Positions 15,105-29,147 of a stretch of DNA of 64,000 nucleotides are shown here, in pieces. The stretch is taken from positions 101,246,001-101,310,000 of the forward strand of contig OX597822.1 of the NCBI GenBank assembly GCA_951406725.2, given 5' to 3'. The notes beneath the pieces are model-generated. The model was not told where the DNA came from. It did no database searches and saw only the letters and a list, made by a program, of their open reading frames with translations. The stretch is from Octopus vulgaris (Eukaryota). The position numbers and the translations under genes were made by a program. Position 1 is the first letter of the stretch, and each line of letters begins with the position of its first letter.

Positions 15105-15334
15105 GGCGAGCTGGCAGAAACGTTAGCACTCCGGGCGAAATGCGTAGCCGTATTTCGTCTGCCGCTACGTTCTGAATTTAAATTCCGCCGAGGTCGACTT
15201 TGCCTTTCATCCTTTCGGGGTCGATAAATTAAGTACCAGTTACGCACTGGGGGGTCGATATAATAGACTTAATCCGTTTGTCTGTCCTTGTTTGTCCCCT
15301 CTGTGTTTAGCCCCTTGTGGGTAGTAAAGATATA
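15105..15334 (+). mobile_element. SINE family B monomer
   Basis: TSD TATGATGGAATTCA at 15091/15335. Confidence 0.92.
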
Positions 15335-15729
15335 TATGATGGAATTCATATCGGTTTCGAGAAGGAGTATATACTAATCATTTCATTTAACTAATTCATT
15401 ATATTACGCATCATTTAATCTACATACTCATAGTGAATTTACTGCTACGGAGATGTACTTGCATAGTAATATTTTGATGTGAAATCGTGTACGGAAACTT
15501 AAACGATAGTAGCATGAAAAGCACAAGTTAGACATTCCGAAACAAACGAAGACCTTTAATTTCACTAAAACATTTATTTGCAATATGGCATCAAAATTTT
15601 CGCCGTTCGAAACCATAACCTATTGTACTGCATATAAAAAATGTTTGTCTGAAAATAGTTTCCGGTTTCGTGCGATGAACATTTTAACACCATATTACAT
15701 ATGGATGAAGTTAACGGTGTGTGTGATTC

Positions 15730-16330
15730 TTATTTCTTTATTGCCCAAAAAGGGGCTAAACATAGAGGGGACAAATAAGGATAGACAAACGGATTAAGTC
15801 GATTATATCGACCTCAGTACGTAACTGGTACTTATTTAATCGACCCCGAAAGGGTGAATGGCAAAGTCGACCTCGGCGGAATTTGATTTCAGAACGTAAC
15901 GGCAGACGAAATACCTATTTCTTTACTACCCACAAGGGGCTAAACACAGAGGGGACGAACAAAGGCAGACAAACGGATTAAGTAGATTATATGGACCCCA
16001 GTGCGTAACTGGTACTTATTTAATCGACCCCGAAAGGGTAAATGGCAAAGTCGACCTCGGCGGAATTTGAACTCAGAACGTAGCGGCAGTCGAAATACCT
16101 ATTTCTTTATTACCCACAAGGGGCTAAACATAGAGGGGACGAACAAGGACATACATAGGTATTAAGTCGATTACATCGACCCCAGTGCGTAACTGGTACT
16201 TAATTTATCGACCCGAAAGGATGAAAGGCAAAGTCGACCTTGGCGGAATTTGAACTCAGAACGCAGCGGCGGACGAAATACTGCAAAGCATTTCGCCCGG
16301 CGTGCTAACGATTCTGCCAGCTCGCCGTCT
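15730..16330 (-). mobile_element. SINE family B tandem trimer
   Basis: Three units about 180 bp apart, joined at GAAATACCTATTTCTTTA; only the last has the full head. Confidence 0.9.
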
Positions 16331-17069
16331 TAATGTTTAATGTGATTCTGAATGCATAACCTCTGTCTTCGACGCTGCATTTACTAAATCTATTGTTTTT
16401 CACATAAATTTGTGCAGTTAATGGAAACATTGGAAATGCACGATGAGACAATAAATATAAGAAGGCTGGCCCTTTGGATTGCAAAATATCTGGTAGGCTT
16501 CCACATAGTTTCCCTCACTTTTCTTCCAGTTACCAGTTAAAGGCTATAGAAAAAGGACATATCGTTTAGTGGGCGTCTCTCAGTGAGATTAATCTCGGCA
16601 TATTATGATTTCAAAAGTTAATTTCTTAAAATCTTAAACATTTACTCATGCTTATGTCCCAAACATAAACATACATGCGTAGTTTATCGTTCAAATCTTT
16701 AAACCAGTTGCTGTCGTTGTGGTTCTTGTTATTCATCCTTGTGTCAGAAATAATCATAGCAATTTCAACCATGGCCATCTCGTCTATCGTAGAACTAAAT
16801 TATTAATGTGCTTTTTGTATCTTTACTACTGTAAGAATGACAGGTTGACAGAATCATAAAGCTTCGGACAAAACTTCTCGTGATATGTAGCCGAAGATTC
16901 TAATATGTGAAACCAAATTCCATCGATCTCAACTTTACCTTCCATCATCTAGGATCGATGAAAATAAAGTACCTGTCAAAAACTGGGATTGATTTATTCT
17001 ACAGCTCCTCAACACTAAATACATCGACCTTGCACTTGAATTAGTAATCGTTGTTATTCAAGATAGATA

Positions 17070-17405
17070 AGGCGGCGAGCACGACCGGTAAAATGCTTAG
17101 CGGTATTTCGTCTGCCGTTACGTTCTGATTTCAAATTCCGCCGAGGTCGACTTTGCCGTTCATCCTTTCGGGGTCGATAAATTAAGTACCAGTTACGCAC
17201 TGGGGTAGATATAATCGACTTAATTCGTCTGTCCTTGTTTGTCCCTTCTGTGTTTAGCCCCTTGTGGGTAGTAAAGAAATAGGTATTTCATGCGTCTTTA
17301 TGTTCTGAGTTCAAATTCCGCCAAAGTAGACTTTGCCTTTCATTCCTTCGGGATCGAAAAAATAATCACCAGTTGAACACTGTGGGTCGATGTAATCGAC
17401 TTAAC
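17070..17405 (+). mobile_element. SINE family B plus a diverged second unit
   Basis: Sequence match to other copies. Confidence 0.82.
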
Positions 17406-18311
17406 CCCTACCATGAAATTACTACCTTGTGCCAATATTTTAAAACCATTATTATTGAAAATGTTAAGGGATGACTTAGATGAGATTAGGCTGCTATTAA
17501 TAGCAGGCTAAATGATCACAGAGAGATCTCTTGACGGTTGAGAATTGCAATGGCACTGTTTTTGTACTGAGTCAGTATTGTTTTATTTTAAAGTTCCGTG
17601 TCGATGTTTTCCATCATTCAAATACTAATTATATCGATTATGCTTGTTCTGGAGATTGTAATCCTCTACTGGAAGGACACATCAGAATTCTTTCAGTCAT
17701 TCTATGCTGCTTTATTTTATATAATTTCATTTTATTTTATATTTTTGTTCATTGGATAGTGTGTTCAAGTTCCCATCTTCTTTATCCTTGTTTTTGTTTG
17801 TAATCTCTACGAGAAAGGTTGTGCATGTGTCATTATTACGTAAGTATTTTCTGGCATGACAACAAATATTTAAACTTTGATGTACCTTTAAAATTTGTTA
17901 CCCAATGCCAGGGGCTTTACTTATCCTATAACATAGACGCAATTGTGACATTTTAATCTATAATTTATGTTGTTGTTGATGGTGGTGGTGATGGGAATTG
18001 CATTAGATAAAAATGAGATCATCTCTTGCTTTGATCATAATGACGTCGAGGCATGTCATTTCAGATAAGAGCAAATAAAACGTTAAGTTGAAGAGTTAAA
18101 AGTGCCAGAGTTAAAAAACAAACAAAACAAACAAAGAGAAAAAAATGTAAAAGGAAAGTTCAAATTTAACTCGTCACTAGAACAGTTAGGAAATGAATAT
18201 TAGTCTTAGTCGTTAATGCTTGTGATATGTTCTGACAGATCGATCGGTCGATCAATCATTCGGCTGGTATTAGCGCTGAAGCACGTATATATTCTTATAT
18301 ACCCATTCATC

Positions 18312-18327
18312 ATATATATGTATATGT

Positions 18328-18425
<98 letters not shown>

Positions 18426-18461
18426 ATGTATATATATATATATGTGTGTATATGTATATAT

Positions 18462-18493
<32 letters not shown>

Positions 18494-18521
18494 GTATATA
18501 TGTATATTATATATATATATG

Positions 18522-18578
<57 letters not shown>

Positions 18579-18595
18579 GTATGTATGTATGTATG

Positions 18596-18637
<42 letters not shown>

Positions 18638-18745
18638 ATACATATACATCATTCTCTCTCTGTCTCTCTCTAAATATATGCATACACACATATACATACA
18701 TGCGCATGCATGCATGCATACATACATACATACATACATACATTC
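18312..18745. repeat. Compound (TA)n/(TATG)n/(CATA)n microsatellite
   Basis: Direct reading. Confidence 0.95.
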
Positions 18746-19066
18746 ATAGATGCATACATAATTACATAATACATACAGAGGTACACAAATAATTATCGAC
18801 AATTTTGAATATCTTCGTATGTAGCCATGATCAATGCCTACATGCACACACACAGATGCACACGAACAGATGTGCGTACACGCACGCACGCACGCACTCA
18901 CACAAAATCGCATTATCTATCGATGAAGTGAAAGCGAGAAGAGGGAGGGAACGAGATTAGATATATATATAGATAGAGAAATACATTCGCAGTTTAATGA
19001 CTGAGTCAAATATTGTAAGATGTCATACGTAATAAAAACACAACATAGATATTAATGAAGCCAAAG

Positions 19067-19097
<31 letters not shown>

Positions 19098-19204
19098 TGT
19101 ATGTATGTATGTATGTATGTATGTATGTATGTATGTATGTGTAGGTGTGTATTTGCGTTTGTATATGTGTTTGTATATACATATGTATGTGTACATGTGT
19201 ATGT

Positions 19205-19360
19205 ATGCGTGGAGACGTGGAAATAGCTGGGCTGGTGTCCAGGAGCGCGGTTAGCCCAGTGAGAGCTGGAGGCCCCTCTCGTGTTGTCAGAACTCTCTAG
19301 GAGAGGGAAACTCTAAGGGAAAACCTGCGACACTGACATTATCCGATGATGTAGACTAGG
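19205..19360 (+). mobile_element. Possible RTE 5'-UTR-derived fragment
   Basis: CTAGGAGAGGGAAACTCT resembles the RTE 5' motif; GC-rich island after (TATG)n. Confidence 0.35.
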
Positions 19361-20007
19361 TCTTCTTTTTGAGTTTATGTTGTCCACGTTCAGTGAGTGG
19401 GATTGGATTTGTGCAAATCCTTTCCCCACATACAAAAATCATCATGCACAGGCATCGCATGAAAAAAAAGGTAAGATCTATCACAAAAGTGGTAGCTTTC
19501 GCATGCGTGGGACTTCCGATCAGGTGAAGGCAATATTCGAACACGAGTTTACAGCCATCATATATATAATGTACATACATATACGCAGAGATATTCCGAT
19601 ACAACGACATCCCGATACACCGACATTCCGATACTACATATATGCATCCAGACACAGAAGCACGCGAAAACATAGATATACATAGAAACCACACAAAAAT
19701 GCGTGTTTAGATATTAATATATATACCAGTGTATACTGTAGCCACGAAAGTCAATTTAGTTTTTCATTGGGATAAAAATTTATAACACAAATAGATAATA
19801 AGTATATATTCTTAGAAACAAATAAGATCTTACTAATTATTGCTGATCATATAAATTGAATTCAATTATAACAATTTGTTTGCAACATTACATCCGAATA
19901 TCAAATGTAATGGCGCAGACGAAATTATATAAGATATACGAGTGTTTTTGATATATGTTTTCTTATGTGTTAAACAACACGAAGGTGAGTATATTTATAA
20001 ATAATAT

Positions 20008-20430
20008 AGGAGTAGGAGTGGCTGTGTATATAGGCGTAGGAGTGGCTGTGTGGTAAGTAGCTTGTTTACCAACCACATGGTTCCGGGTTCAGTCCCACTG
20101 CGTGGCACCTTGGGTAGGTGTCTTCTACTATAGCCTCGGGCCGACCAAAGCCTTGTGAGTGGATTTGGTAGACGGAAACTGAAAGAAGCCCGTCGTATAT
20201 ATGTATATATAAGCGTGTGTGTGTTTGTGTGTCTGTGTTTGTCCCCCTTGCATTGCTTGACAACCGATGCTGGTGTGTTTATGTCCCCGTTACTTAGCGG
20301 TTCGGCAAAAGAGACCGATAGAATAAGTACTGGGCTTACAAAGAATAAGTCCCGGGTCGAGTTTCTCGATTAAAGGTGGTGCTCCAGCATGGCCGCAGTC
20401 AAATGACTGAAACAAGTAAAAGAGTAAAAG
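20008..20430 (+). mobile_element. SINE family C with duplicated 5' head
   Basis: Full match to family; TAGGAGTGGCTGTGT occurs twice. Confidence 0.9.
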
Positions 20431-20947
20431 ACTAATAATAAATAATGGAAATATTTTTAATAAATGCCTTGATGCAGTACGAGGCACTGGTTCTCATGGC
20501 TTCTGATCTTAACTGATTGGAAGTGTTATGTACATGTTTTCTTGTGGTATAAAAGATGGGCTACAGTAAATGTTCTGCTCAATACCACAGATTTGCTTGT
20601 CAGTTGCTTGACCTTAAACTGTTGAGCATGTCCCTTGGTGACTGACGATTTGTGCGTCTCTGATCACGAGTAGAAGTAGGGGGAGCATTATGGCCATATG
20701 TTGAGAGGAATTCTTTGGGGGTTTGAATAAACTCACATGTGCGAGCTTCATAATAACGCAACCATAATGGTAGCATGCAATACAGTTATATAAAATGTAC
20801 CAACAAACTTGTTACCAGTTCAAATATGCTTGTATATTTCGAACCCTAAACAAAGCCATTCACTGCATTTCGGCATGAAGAAAATTTATCGCTGTAGACA
20901 CGCAGGTAAAAATACACAGAGTTAGTTCACGGCGTTCCCTGACTAGA

Positions 20948-20995
20948 CTGTTAAATGCATGCATTTCGTAGCGGTTATCTCTTCTTCAGTAACAG
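20948..20995 (-). ncRNA. Type I hammerhead-like motif (weak stem II)
   Basis: Minus strand CTGTTA CTGAAGA AGAGATAACCGCTAC GAAA TGCATGCA TT TAACAG: 6-bp stem I, palindromic stem III. Confidence 0.65.
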
Positions 20996-21146
20996 ACACC
21001 AGAAAAGCTGACGCTGCCAACTGACGCGAGATTTAATAATATTCCTGTCATCGTACAACGACAAGCTGTGCTTTTCAACGACTCGCCGTGGCAGAGCTAC
21101 GCATATATCTATATACTCATCGAAGTTTCCGCTATATATTTACGCC

Positions 21147-21244
<98 letters not shown>

Positions 21245-21307
21245 GACCTACCTACCTACCTACCTACCTACCTACCTACCTACCTGTCTGTCTGTCTGTA
21301 TGTCTGT

Positions 21308-21382
<75 letters not shown>

Positions 21383-21481
21383 GCTAGCTAGCTAGCTAGC
21401 TAGCTAGCTACCTACCTACCTACCTACATACGTACCTACGTACCGACCTACCTGTCTGTCTGTCTGTCTGTTTATCTTTCA

Positions 21482-21541
<60 letters not shown>

Positions 21542-21600
21542 GTCTATCTATCTACATATACATACGTACATGCATGCATACATACATACATACATACATA
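21147..21600. repeat. Compound (TATC)n/(TACC)n/(TAGC)n/(TGTC)n microsatellite
   Basis: Direct reading. Confidence 0.95.
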
Positions 21601-22214
21601 CACACACGTTTATATACACATACTCATATATGAATACACACGCACATGCATGTATATTCACACTCATATATATTTAACTAATATTTATAAATGTAAATAT
21701 CTAGATGGGACATAGGTAAGTGTGTGTGTGTATGTGTGTGTGCGCGCGTGCTCGTGTGAAAGAAAGAAAGAGAGAAAGAGAGAATGAGAGAGGGGCTGTC
21801 GTGAAAGAAAACGTCTCTAAAAGGTTAGAAAGAATCGAAGTTACTAACTTAACGTATGTCAAATGATTAATATGAATACCAAAAGTCTAAAACTACCAGA
21901 GACAACCATTAATATTGCAAAAAAGAGAGAAAGTTTCTACATACCCAAGTAAATAGAAAAGAAACCAATCAAGAGCAAATTTAGGATGGTAATCACTATT
22001 ATCATTCCGTGTATTACTTCGTAATAGATCAGACTAGCTTAGCGCCCGTAACGGAAACTCTGTCATAATATCCAATTATCTTGCAATTCCATTTCATCAC
22101 AGATATAATGCTTTGGTTGTGTATTATCAAAATCGCTCTCTCTGTACATACATACGTACGTACATACATGCATACATACACACACATATATGCATATATA
22201 TTCGCATAAATATA

Positions 22215-22215
22215 A

Positions 22216-22281
<66 letters not shown>

Positions 22282-22308
22282 ATATATATATATATACATA
22301 TATATATA

Positions 22309-22360
<52 letters not shown>

Positions 22361-22484
22361 CATTTGTTCATATATACATACGCAAAAACATACACATACA
22401 CTTGAGTATGGTGTCTGTATGTAGGTGTATGTACAGATATGTATATGTATACATGAATTTTTATAAATACACCTATGTGCGCAC

Positions 22485-22539
<55 letters not shown>

Positions 22540-22540
22540 T
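22215..22540. repeat. (TA)n tracts
   Basis: Direct reading. Confidence 0.92.
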
Positions 22541-22706
22541 AATTATATGTATGTATATGTACTTATATATACGCACATACATATATGTATATATATATCT
22601 GTATTCAAATTCACACATTCATTATATATGTACGTGTGCGTGCACGTGAGTGCTTGCGCATTTCTATTAGTGTGTGTGCGTGCACGTGAGTGCTTGCGCA
22701 TTTCTA

Positions 22707-22742
<36 letters not shown>

Positions 22743-23053
22743 CCTGAATATATGTTTAAATCAATGTATAATAACTACACATATGTCAGCTGGAAACAGT
22801 AGTCCTTAAATTTCAAGTATTATATTTTTACCGAGATGTTGGAGCAGTAGCACTTATCTCAATGTTGTAATTGCTATTGTACATTATTATGTAGACAATT
22901 TAACTCGTTTGCACAAACAGACGATCATATATCTAAAGATTCACATATGATGGTATTCATTTAACAAAATATGTATATGTATAATCCTGATTCAACGTTA
23001 TACAATTAAATTGTAAATTTCCATTGTCGTTTAGGACTAATTCTCAATGGTTA

Positions 23054-23439
23054 CTCTTTTACTCTTTTACTTGTTTCAGTCATTTGACTGCGGCAATGCT
23101 GGAGCACCGCCTTTAATCGAGCAAATCGACCCCGGGACTTATTATTCTTTGTAAGCCCAGTACTTATTCTATCGGTCTCTTTTTGCCGAACCGCTAAGTG
23201 ACGGGGACGTAAACACACCAGCATCGGTTGTCAAGCAATGCTAGGGGGACAAACACAGACACACAAACACACACACACACACATATACATATATATACAT
23301 ATATACGACAGGCTTCTTTCAGTTTCTGTCTACCAAATCCACTCACAAGGCATTGGTCAGCTCGGGGCTGTAGCAGAAGACACTTGCCCAAGATGCCACG
23401 CAGTGGGACTGAACCCGGAACCATGTGGTTGGTTAGCAA
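23054..23439 (-). mobile_element. SINE family C, 5' end clipped
   Basis: Sequence match; splits the left copy of the neighbouring SINE B TSD. Confidence 0.9.
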
Positions 23440-23451
23440 GTATAATATATA

Positions 23452-24039
23452 TGTTTCTTTATTACCCACAGAGGGGACAAACAAGGACAGACAAACGAAT
23501 TAAATCGATTAGATCGACCCCAGTGCGTAACTGGTACTTAATTTATCGACCCCGAAAGGATGAAAGACAAAGTCGACCTCGGCGGAATTTGAACTCAGAA
23601 GGTAACGGCAGACGAAATACCTATTTCTTTACTACCCACAAGGGGCTAAACACAGAGAGGACAAACAAGGACAGACAAACGAATTAAGTCGGTTACATCA
23701 ACCCCAGTGCGTAACTGGTGCTTAATTTATCGACCCCGAAAGGATGAAAGACAAAGTCGACCTCGGCGGAATTTGAACTCAGAACTTAAAGACAGACGAA
23801 ATACCTTTTTCGTTACTACCCACAAGGGGCTAAACACAGAGAGGACAAACAAGGACAGACAAACGAATTAAGTCGGTTACATCAACCCCAGAGCGTAACT
23901 GGTACTTAATTTATAGATCCTGAAATGATGAAAGGCAAAGTCGACCTCGGCGGAATTTGAACTCAGAACGTAACGGCAGACGAAATACGGCTACGCATTT
24001 CGCCCGGCGTGCTAACGGTTCTGCCAGCTCGCCGCCTTA
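23452..24039 (-). mobile_element. SINE family B tandem trimer
   Basis: Three units joined at GAAATACCT; full head at 24000-24039. Confidence 0.9.
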
Positions 24040-24371
24040 TCAATGGTTAATGTATAATATATAATGCTTAATGATTGTTTCGCATATATCAGTGGAATAA
24101 GGAACTAGCTATTAGGGAGGACATTAAAAACGCATACACATATTCAAATACACGCAACGCACGGATACATACAAACACCGGCGATCAGTCTCTATTAAAA
24201 GAGGTGGTGGTTGAGAAACATCCGGTCGGATTTTATTGTTTTAGTATCCCAAATCTTCCCCGATATTCCAGTTTGCTTTTATTGGCTCGCTTGTCGTCGA
24301 GTATTTGGTTTCCATTTTTTCGTTCCTTCTTACTTTGCGAAAACGATTAAGAGTCAGGATTGGTGTATATA

Positions 24372-25190
24372 CAGAATGTAATGGACAAATTGTCGCCATT
24401 TTATATTTTGAATTTCGTGCATTGTTTGTTTTTGATTTTGTAGACTACACAGTATAGTAGGGTCAGTTTGGCACCATCTGTGAGAAAGACAACACCATGA
24501 CGCAATTCACTCAACTAGAAATTTGGAAACGACCTGCTGTACTGCTTGGTATTCGTGCCGGAAGCTACAATACGAACATTTCAAAATGTTTGGGTGTCAA
24601 TCTAAGGATTGCAATCTGAGGACATGTACCGAAAGTTATAAAAGTCAAACATCCAGACAACATCATGGTGTTTGGAGTGATCACTAGTGTTGGCGACGTT
24701 ATGCCTCCATTCAGCTCCCCACACAGCCTCACACTCAACACGGAGGCCTACATCAAGTGCCCGCGTTAAGAGGGTGGCTGCTGGAACCCAGGAGAACCCA
24801 GTCATGGCTGCCAGACAATTTCTGCGACCACATCACCCCTAACATCTGGCCACCTAATTCCCAAACTACAACCCCCTTGATTATTATGTGTGGGGCGCAG
24901 TTGAATGAGAGATAAAAAAAACTCCTTGTAACACCAAAGATAACCTGAAGGCAAGGATTATGGTAACATTCACGAACTTAAACAAGAAGACCGTCCAGAA
25001 GTGTTGCAGGAGATTTCGAAGTCGTCTGGAGGTCGTGGTTGAAGCCAATGGCGAATTTATTACATAAATTTACTCTTTAGTATTTCAAGATATGTTTATG
25101 TAATTTTGCTAAATGTATCTGTTAAATTGACATGCCAGTGTTATTGTCATTTTTGCGTAATGTAGACGACAGTTTATTCACCGCACCCTG
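24372..25190 (+). mobile_element. Internally deleted Tc1/mariner-superfamily element (maT/DD37D-like)
   Basis: TA-flanked diverged TIRs CAGAATGTAATGGACAAATTGTCG / CGACAGTTTATTCACCGCACCCTG; remnant IMVFGVI..WPPNS..PLDYYVWG..RLEVVVEANG. Confidence 0.8.
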
Positions 25191-25419
25191 TATATGTTCT
25201 GCTGGTTAAAGTGTCTTATCGATGCCAGTTAATTTCTCCCTTGTTTTGCGTACTTATGAAAAAAGCAGGAGTAGTTCTATCATTTAATGAATCGCTTCTT
25301 CTCAAAAGCAGTATTTCCTTTATTCTTTGCTGTTTGTTTAAACCTTGTGAATCAAACTGCGCTGATTTTATCAATTTTAGTCAAGCAGCTCTCAGGAGTC
25401 GATCACAAAGTTAAGGTAA

Positions 25420-26400
25420 AGTAAAAGTCATCAAAATCCTTAGTCGTCGATCGGAGTGCGAGGCTGTCCTCTCAGCAATGCACTGCCGGACTCGGGTGAT
25501 GGTATTGTTCCAAGGCGGCGAGCTGGCAGAATCGTTAACACGCCGGGCGAAATGCTTAGCAGTATTTCGTCTGCCACTACGTTCTGAGTTCAAATTCCGC
25601 CATGGACGACTTTGCCTTTCATCCTTTCGGGATCGATTAAATAAGTACCAGTTACACACTGGGGTCGATATAATCGATTAATCCGTTTGTCTGTCCTCGT
25701 TTGTCCTCTCTGTGTTTGGCCCCTTGTAGGTAGTAAAGAAATAGGTATTGTTCCACGCTTAGCATACTTATGGTCGAGGCGCTGCAACTTCAAATCTTCC
25801 TTACTTAGGTTCGCCCATGGCTTCTTTGGTGCAGTGCGCTGGATTCTCCAGGACGTGGGTCGCTTGTCCCACAAATATTGGTTTGTTAGACTTCCGGTGC
25901 TCATTTCAAGGTATTTTACAGAAGCTTTTAGGTAATGTTTCAGTTTCTTCATTTGCTTCCCAGCAACACATTTCTGTGATTGAATTCATCGTACAGGAGC
26001 TGTTGGCGGGGTGGGTGGGTGGTGTATATATCTGACATGCGATTGACATGACTATCCCATCCCATTTTGACTTTCAGCAAAAGGATGTCAATCATCGTGT
26101 TTTTCCAGCGAATCAACTGAGTATTGAGCAGAGATACATAATTTGGAAGTGTTTGAGCTGTTTTACATGTCTCCTAAAGACTGTGCAGGGCTCAGATGAT
26201 CGTGAATACCTCTGCATGGTAGACGTTCGCCTTGGAGGCAAGCCATTGGGCTTACATCAGATCTCATTCATTCTACCACAGTCAGCTAAAGCTTGTACAG
26301 GTGGTGTAGTGTATCGTGTACTATTATATTGTGTGTCCTTCCATTACACATCGTGCATCATTTTATGGTGGTTTAGCTTGTTTTTTTCTGGTAGGTGAAC
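25420..26400 (-). mobile_element. Degenerate RTE-like LINE 3' fragment interrupted by SINE B
   Basis: RPTSWRIQRTAPKKPWANLSKEDL resembles the RTE C-terminal GRP..W..D motif; boundaries approximate. Confidence 0.5.
25513..25743 (+). mobile_element. SINE family B
   Basis: TSD GGTATTGTTCCA at 25501/25744. Confidence 0.92.
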
Positions 26401-27574
26401 CAACCCGTAGAAGTTTCCTCATTGTTCCTATGTCAAGTAGTTTGCTGTTTTTGTTGTTTTTTTAAAATTTCGCATAAGCTTATATAAATTCAAATTTAAT
26501 GTGTACGTCGTAAAATAGACACACACACGTACACTCACACATATGCACACACACGCACACACATATATATACTGCGTGTACTTTTATGAAACTAGAAACA
26601 ATGAATATTCCTTATCAACAGAAGCTTTACTATTTTAGTTACATTTTTGCGTAATGCATAACGTTGCTTCAGTTAAAATCAAATTCATTTCGTTTTTTTA
26701 ATGGCAGCTGGAGACGACCTGTCGACTACGCAACCACGTGGCTTAAATTCGATTAGAAAAGAGCGAAAATGTCACTGGGGCCACACTGATGGGAATCGAT
26801 TTTCTTTAAGTAGAATCATGGATTACTGCACATGCAACAAAACAAGTGCCAGAGTCAGCTATCACTGTAGCTGTTATCAGCAAAATGAAGAGCCAAAAAA
26901 AAAAGGAAAGAAAAAGAGAAAGAAATGAGAAAAAAGTCAGCTCCAAATGATGCAAAGCATAAAAGCTACAAATGGAGTTCTTTCCAATAAACAAATGCAT
27001 GTTGATCAAGGACATACTTTTAGTAGAGAGACAAAGGAGGACAATTTTCTCTAAATAGAGATTCCCTTGCTTAAGCACATAATGCGTTCTAATTATCATA
27101 AAGGAGAATTTCGCGGCTGGTTGAACAAAGAAAAAGAAAAAAAAAAAAAAATTCCCTTCTCCGAATGAAATTGTAGAAAATTAAAGGTCCTAGTGATTTT
27201 ATAAATGATTGATGCTGCTTTCCCACTCTACTCAGGTAACGCTTGAGGACCTACTAACTAAAGTGGCAATGCGTAGATAGATATAAGACGAAATTGAAAG
27301 GACAGACATCTTGAAAACTTGACAAGCATCATAGAGTAATTAAACTGGTATGAAATGAAGATACTAAGCAAATATCCAGCTTATATATATATATATATAT
27401 AAACATGTATGTATGTATGTATGCATGCATGTGTATATATTTATATCTATCTATATATATATATGTATGTATGCATGTATGTGTGTGTATATGTATATAT
27501 ATATATGTTGATTAGCTAGCTTCTGCACGCATTTTTTTCTCTCCTTGTGTCTCTCCGTGTTTCTTTTCTGTGTA

Positions 27575-27612
27575 TCTTTCTGTTGAAGAGCGTAGGCTCG
27601 AAATGTAAAAGA
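27575..27612 (+). ncRNA. Minimal (stem-III-less) hammerhead-like motif in a ~200-bp PLE pLTR-like element, degenerate
   Basis: TCTTT CTGTTGA A GAGC-GTAG-GCTC GAAA TGTA AAAGA; element 27508-27708 sits between TA tracts and resembles 46786-47018. Confidence 0.6.
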
Positions 27613-27704
27613 CTTGTTTTATTTATATTCCAGAGCGCCATACTAATACAATTGTGTGTTTGTATTCCAGCTGCCTTTGTCTTTTGTTTATTTTCATAAC
27701 GCTT

Positions 27705-27751
<47 letters not shown>

Positions 27752-27844
27752 TATAATATAAATAGTATGCTTGTGTGTTCGTGCGCGTGTATGTGTTCAG
27801 AATTAATTCATATGTGACCTTAGAATATACTACGGGGGTATGGT

Positions 27845-28210
27845 TATCATTTTCTTCTACTTGTGTTAATCACTGGATTGTGTCCATGCTGGAGCACCGC
27901 TTTAAATGGTTTAGTCGAAAAATCGAACCTAATACTTACGCTTTCCACTTAGTATTTATTCTACTGGTCGCTTTTGACAAACCGCTAAGTTACGGGGGCG
28001 TAAACACATTAATAAAGGTCGTAAAGCAGTGAGGAGACAGAAACAAAGGCACACGTATACACACAACAAGCTTCCACCCAGCTTTTGTCTCCTAAATTCG
28101 CTTACAAGGCATTGGTGAAGGGAGGATGACCAATGTCGCACAAAGGGATTGAACCCAAGATTACATGGTTGCCAAGCATGTTCTTAATCACACAACCATA
28201 CCCGCGCCTA
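27845..28210 (-). mobile_element. Diverged SINE family C
   Basis: CCATGCTGGAGCACCGC, CCGCTAAGTTACGGGG and head remnants. Confidence 0.75.
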
Positions 28211-28499
28211 GTTTTTGAAAATTCTACATGACTGAATATATTGTATAAGACTAAAAGCTGTTAGATTTAGATATTAACTGTGGAAGCTACGCTAACCCTC
28301 TCTTAGTGCAAACCATAAATGTATGTAATTTGTTGTACAGAAACAAAACCAAAAGGTAAAAGAAAAAATGAATTAATAAAAGGAACTCGAAGATATTCTT
28401 TTTTTCATCTAATATTATCACTTACTGTTGCAATGCTATGCTGTAGCGGTGAGCTTTGCATTTTTCATTCGACGCCAATTATTAAATCTACGGGTAATA

Positions 28500-28530
<31 letters not shown>

Positions 28531-28819
28531 CACACACATATCCAACCCACTCTCACACGCATACATAGAATATCCCGGTATAAATTTAGAAGCTCATAGT
28601 TCAAATGACAACTCAAGTCATAATTTTGTAGAGTGTATATTTTCATGGCTGTGTCTGCCTCCATTTCTTAATTTATCTATGTCATACAAAAACATTTCAC
28701 TTAACTCTTGAATTTCTACCTTTATAAGTAGGTTGTAATATCCTTGGCACTTATGTGAATTTTTGCTACCCAGGTAACTATTTTTTTCCTTGTTATTTGT
28801 ACACAGTAAAAAAAATACC

Positions 28820-28888
<69 letters not shown>

Positions 28889-29147
28889 GAGTACAGAAAT
28901 TCGGGGTGAGTACTTGATAATTGTAAGCACCTGTATATACCGTTTGGTGGTATTAGGAGAAACAGAGGCGGAAATAGCAGATTACACAAATATATATGAT
29001 ACAACATACCATACAACTTAGCAGTTAGGGGTAAATTATGTAAGAGAATATTCTCTATCATTTCCAACAACTTCCCACCCACCCATAAGTATAGAAGTAT
29101 CTTCTCCAACAAAACCTATTAGGATCTCCTACTCTACCCTACCCAAC

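Noticed and set aside
18206-18913. Long ORFs rich in YI, CV, HT or LSIY here and at 22, 30, 43, 47-48 and 53 kb
   Set aside because: Translations of stop-free microsatellites, not genes
23452-24039. Regularly spaced repeats resembling a CRISPR array
   Set aside because: Whole ~180-bp units repeat with no unique spacers; eukaryotic SINE multimer
26701-26928. 75-aa ORF in non-repetitive sequence
   Set aside because: No recognisable domain; length expected by chance
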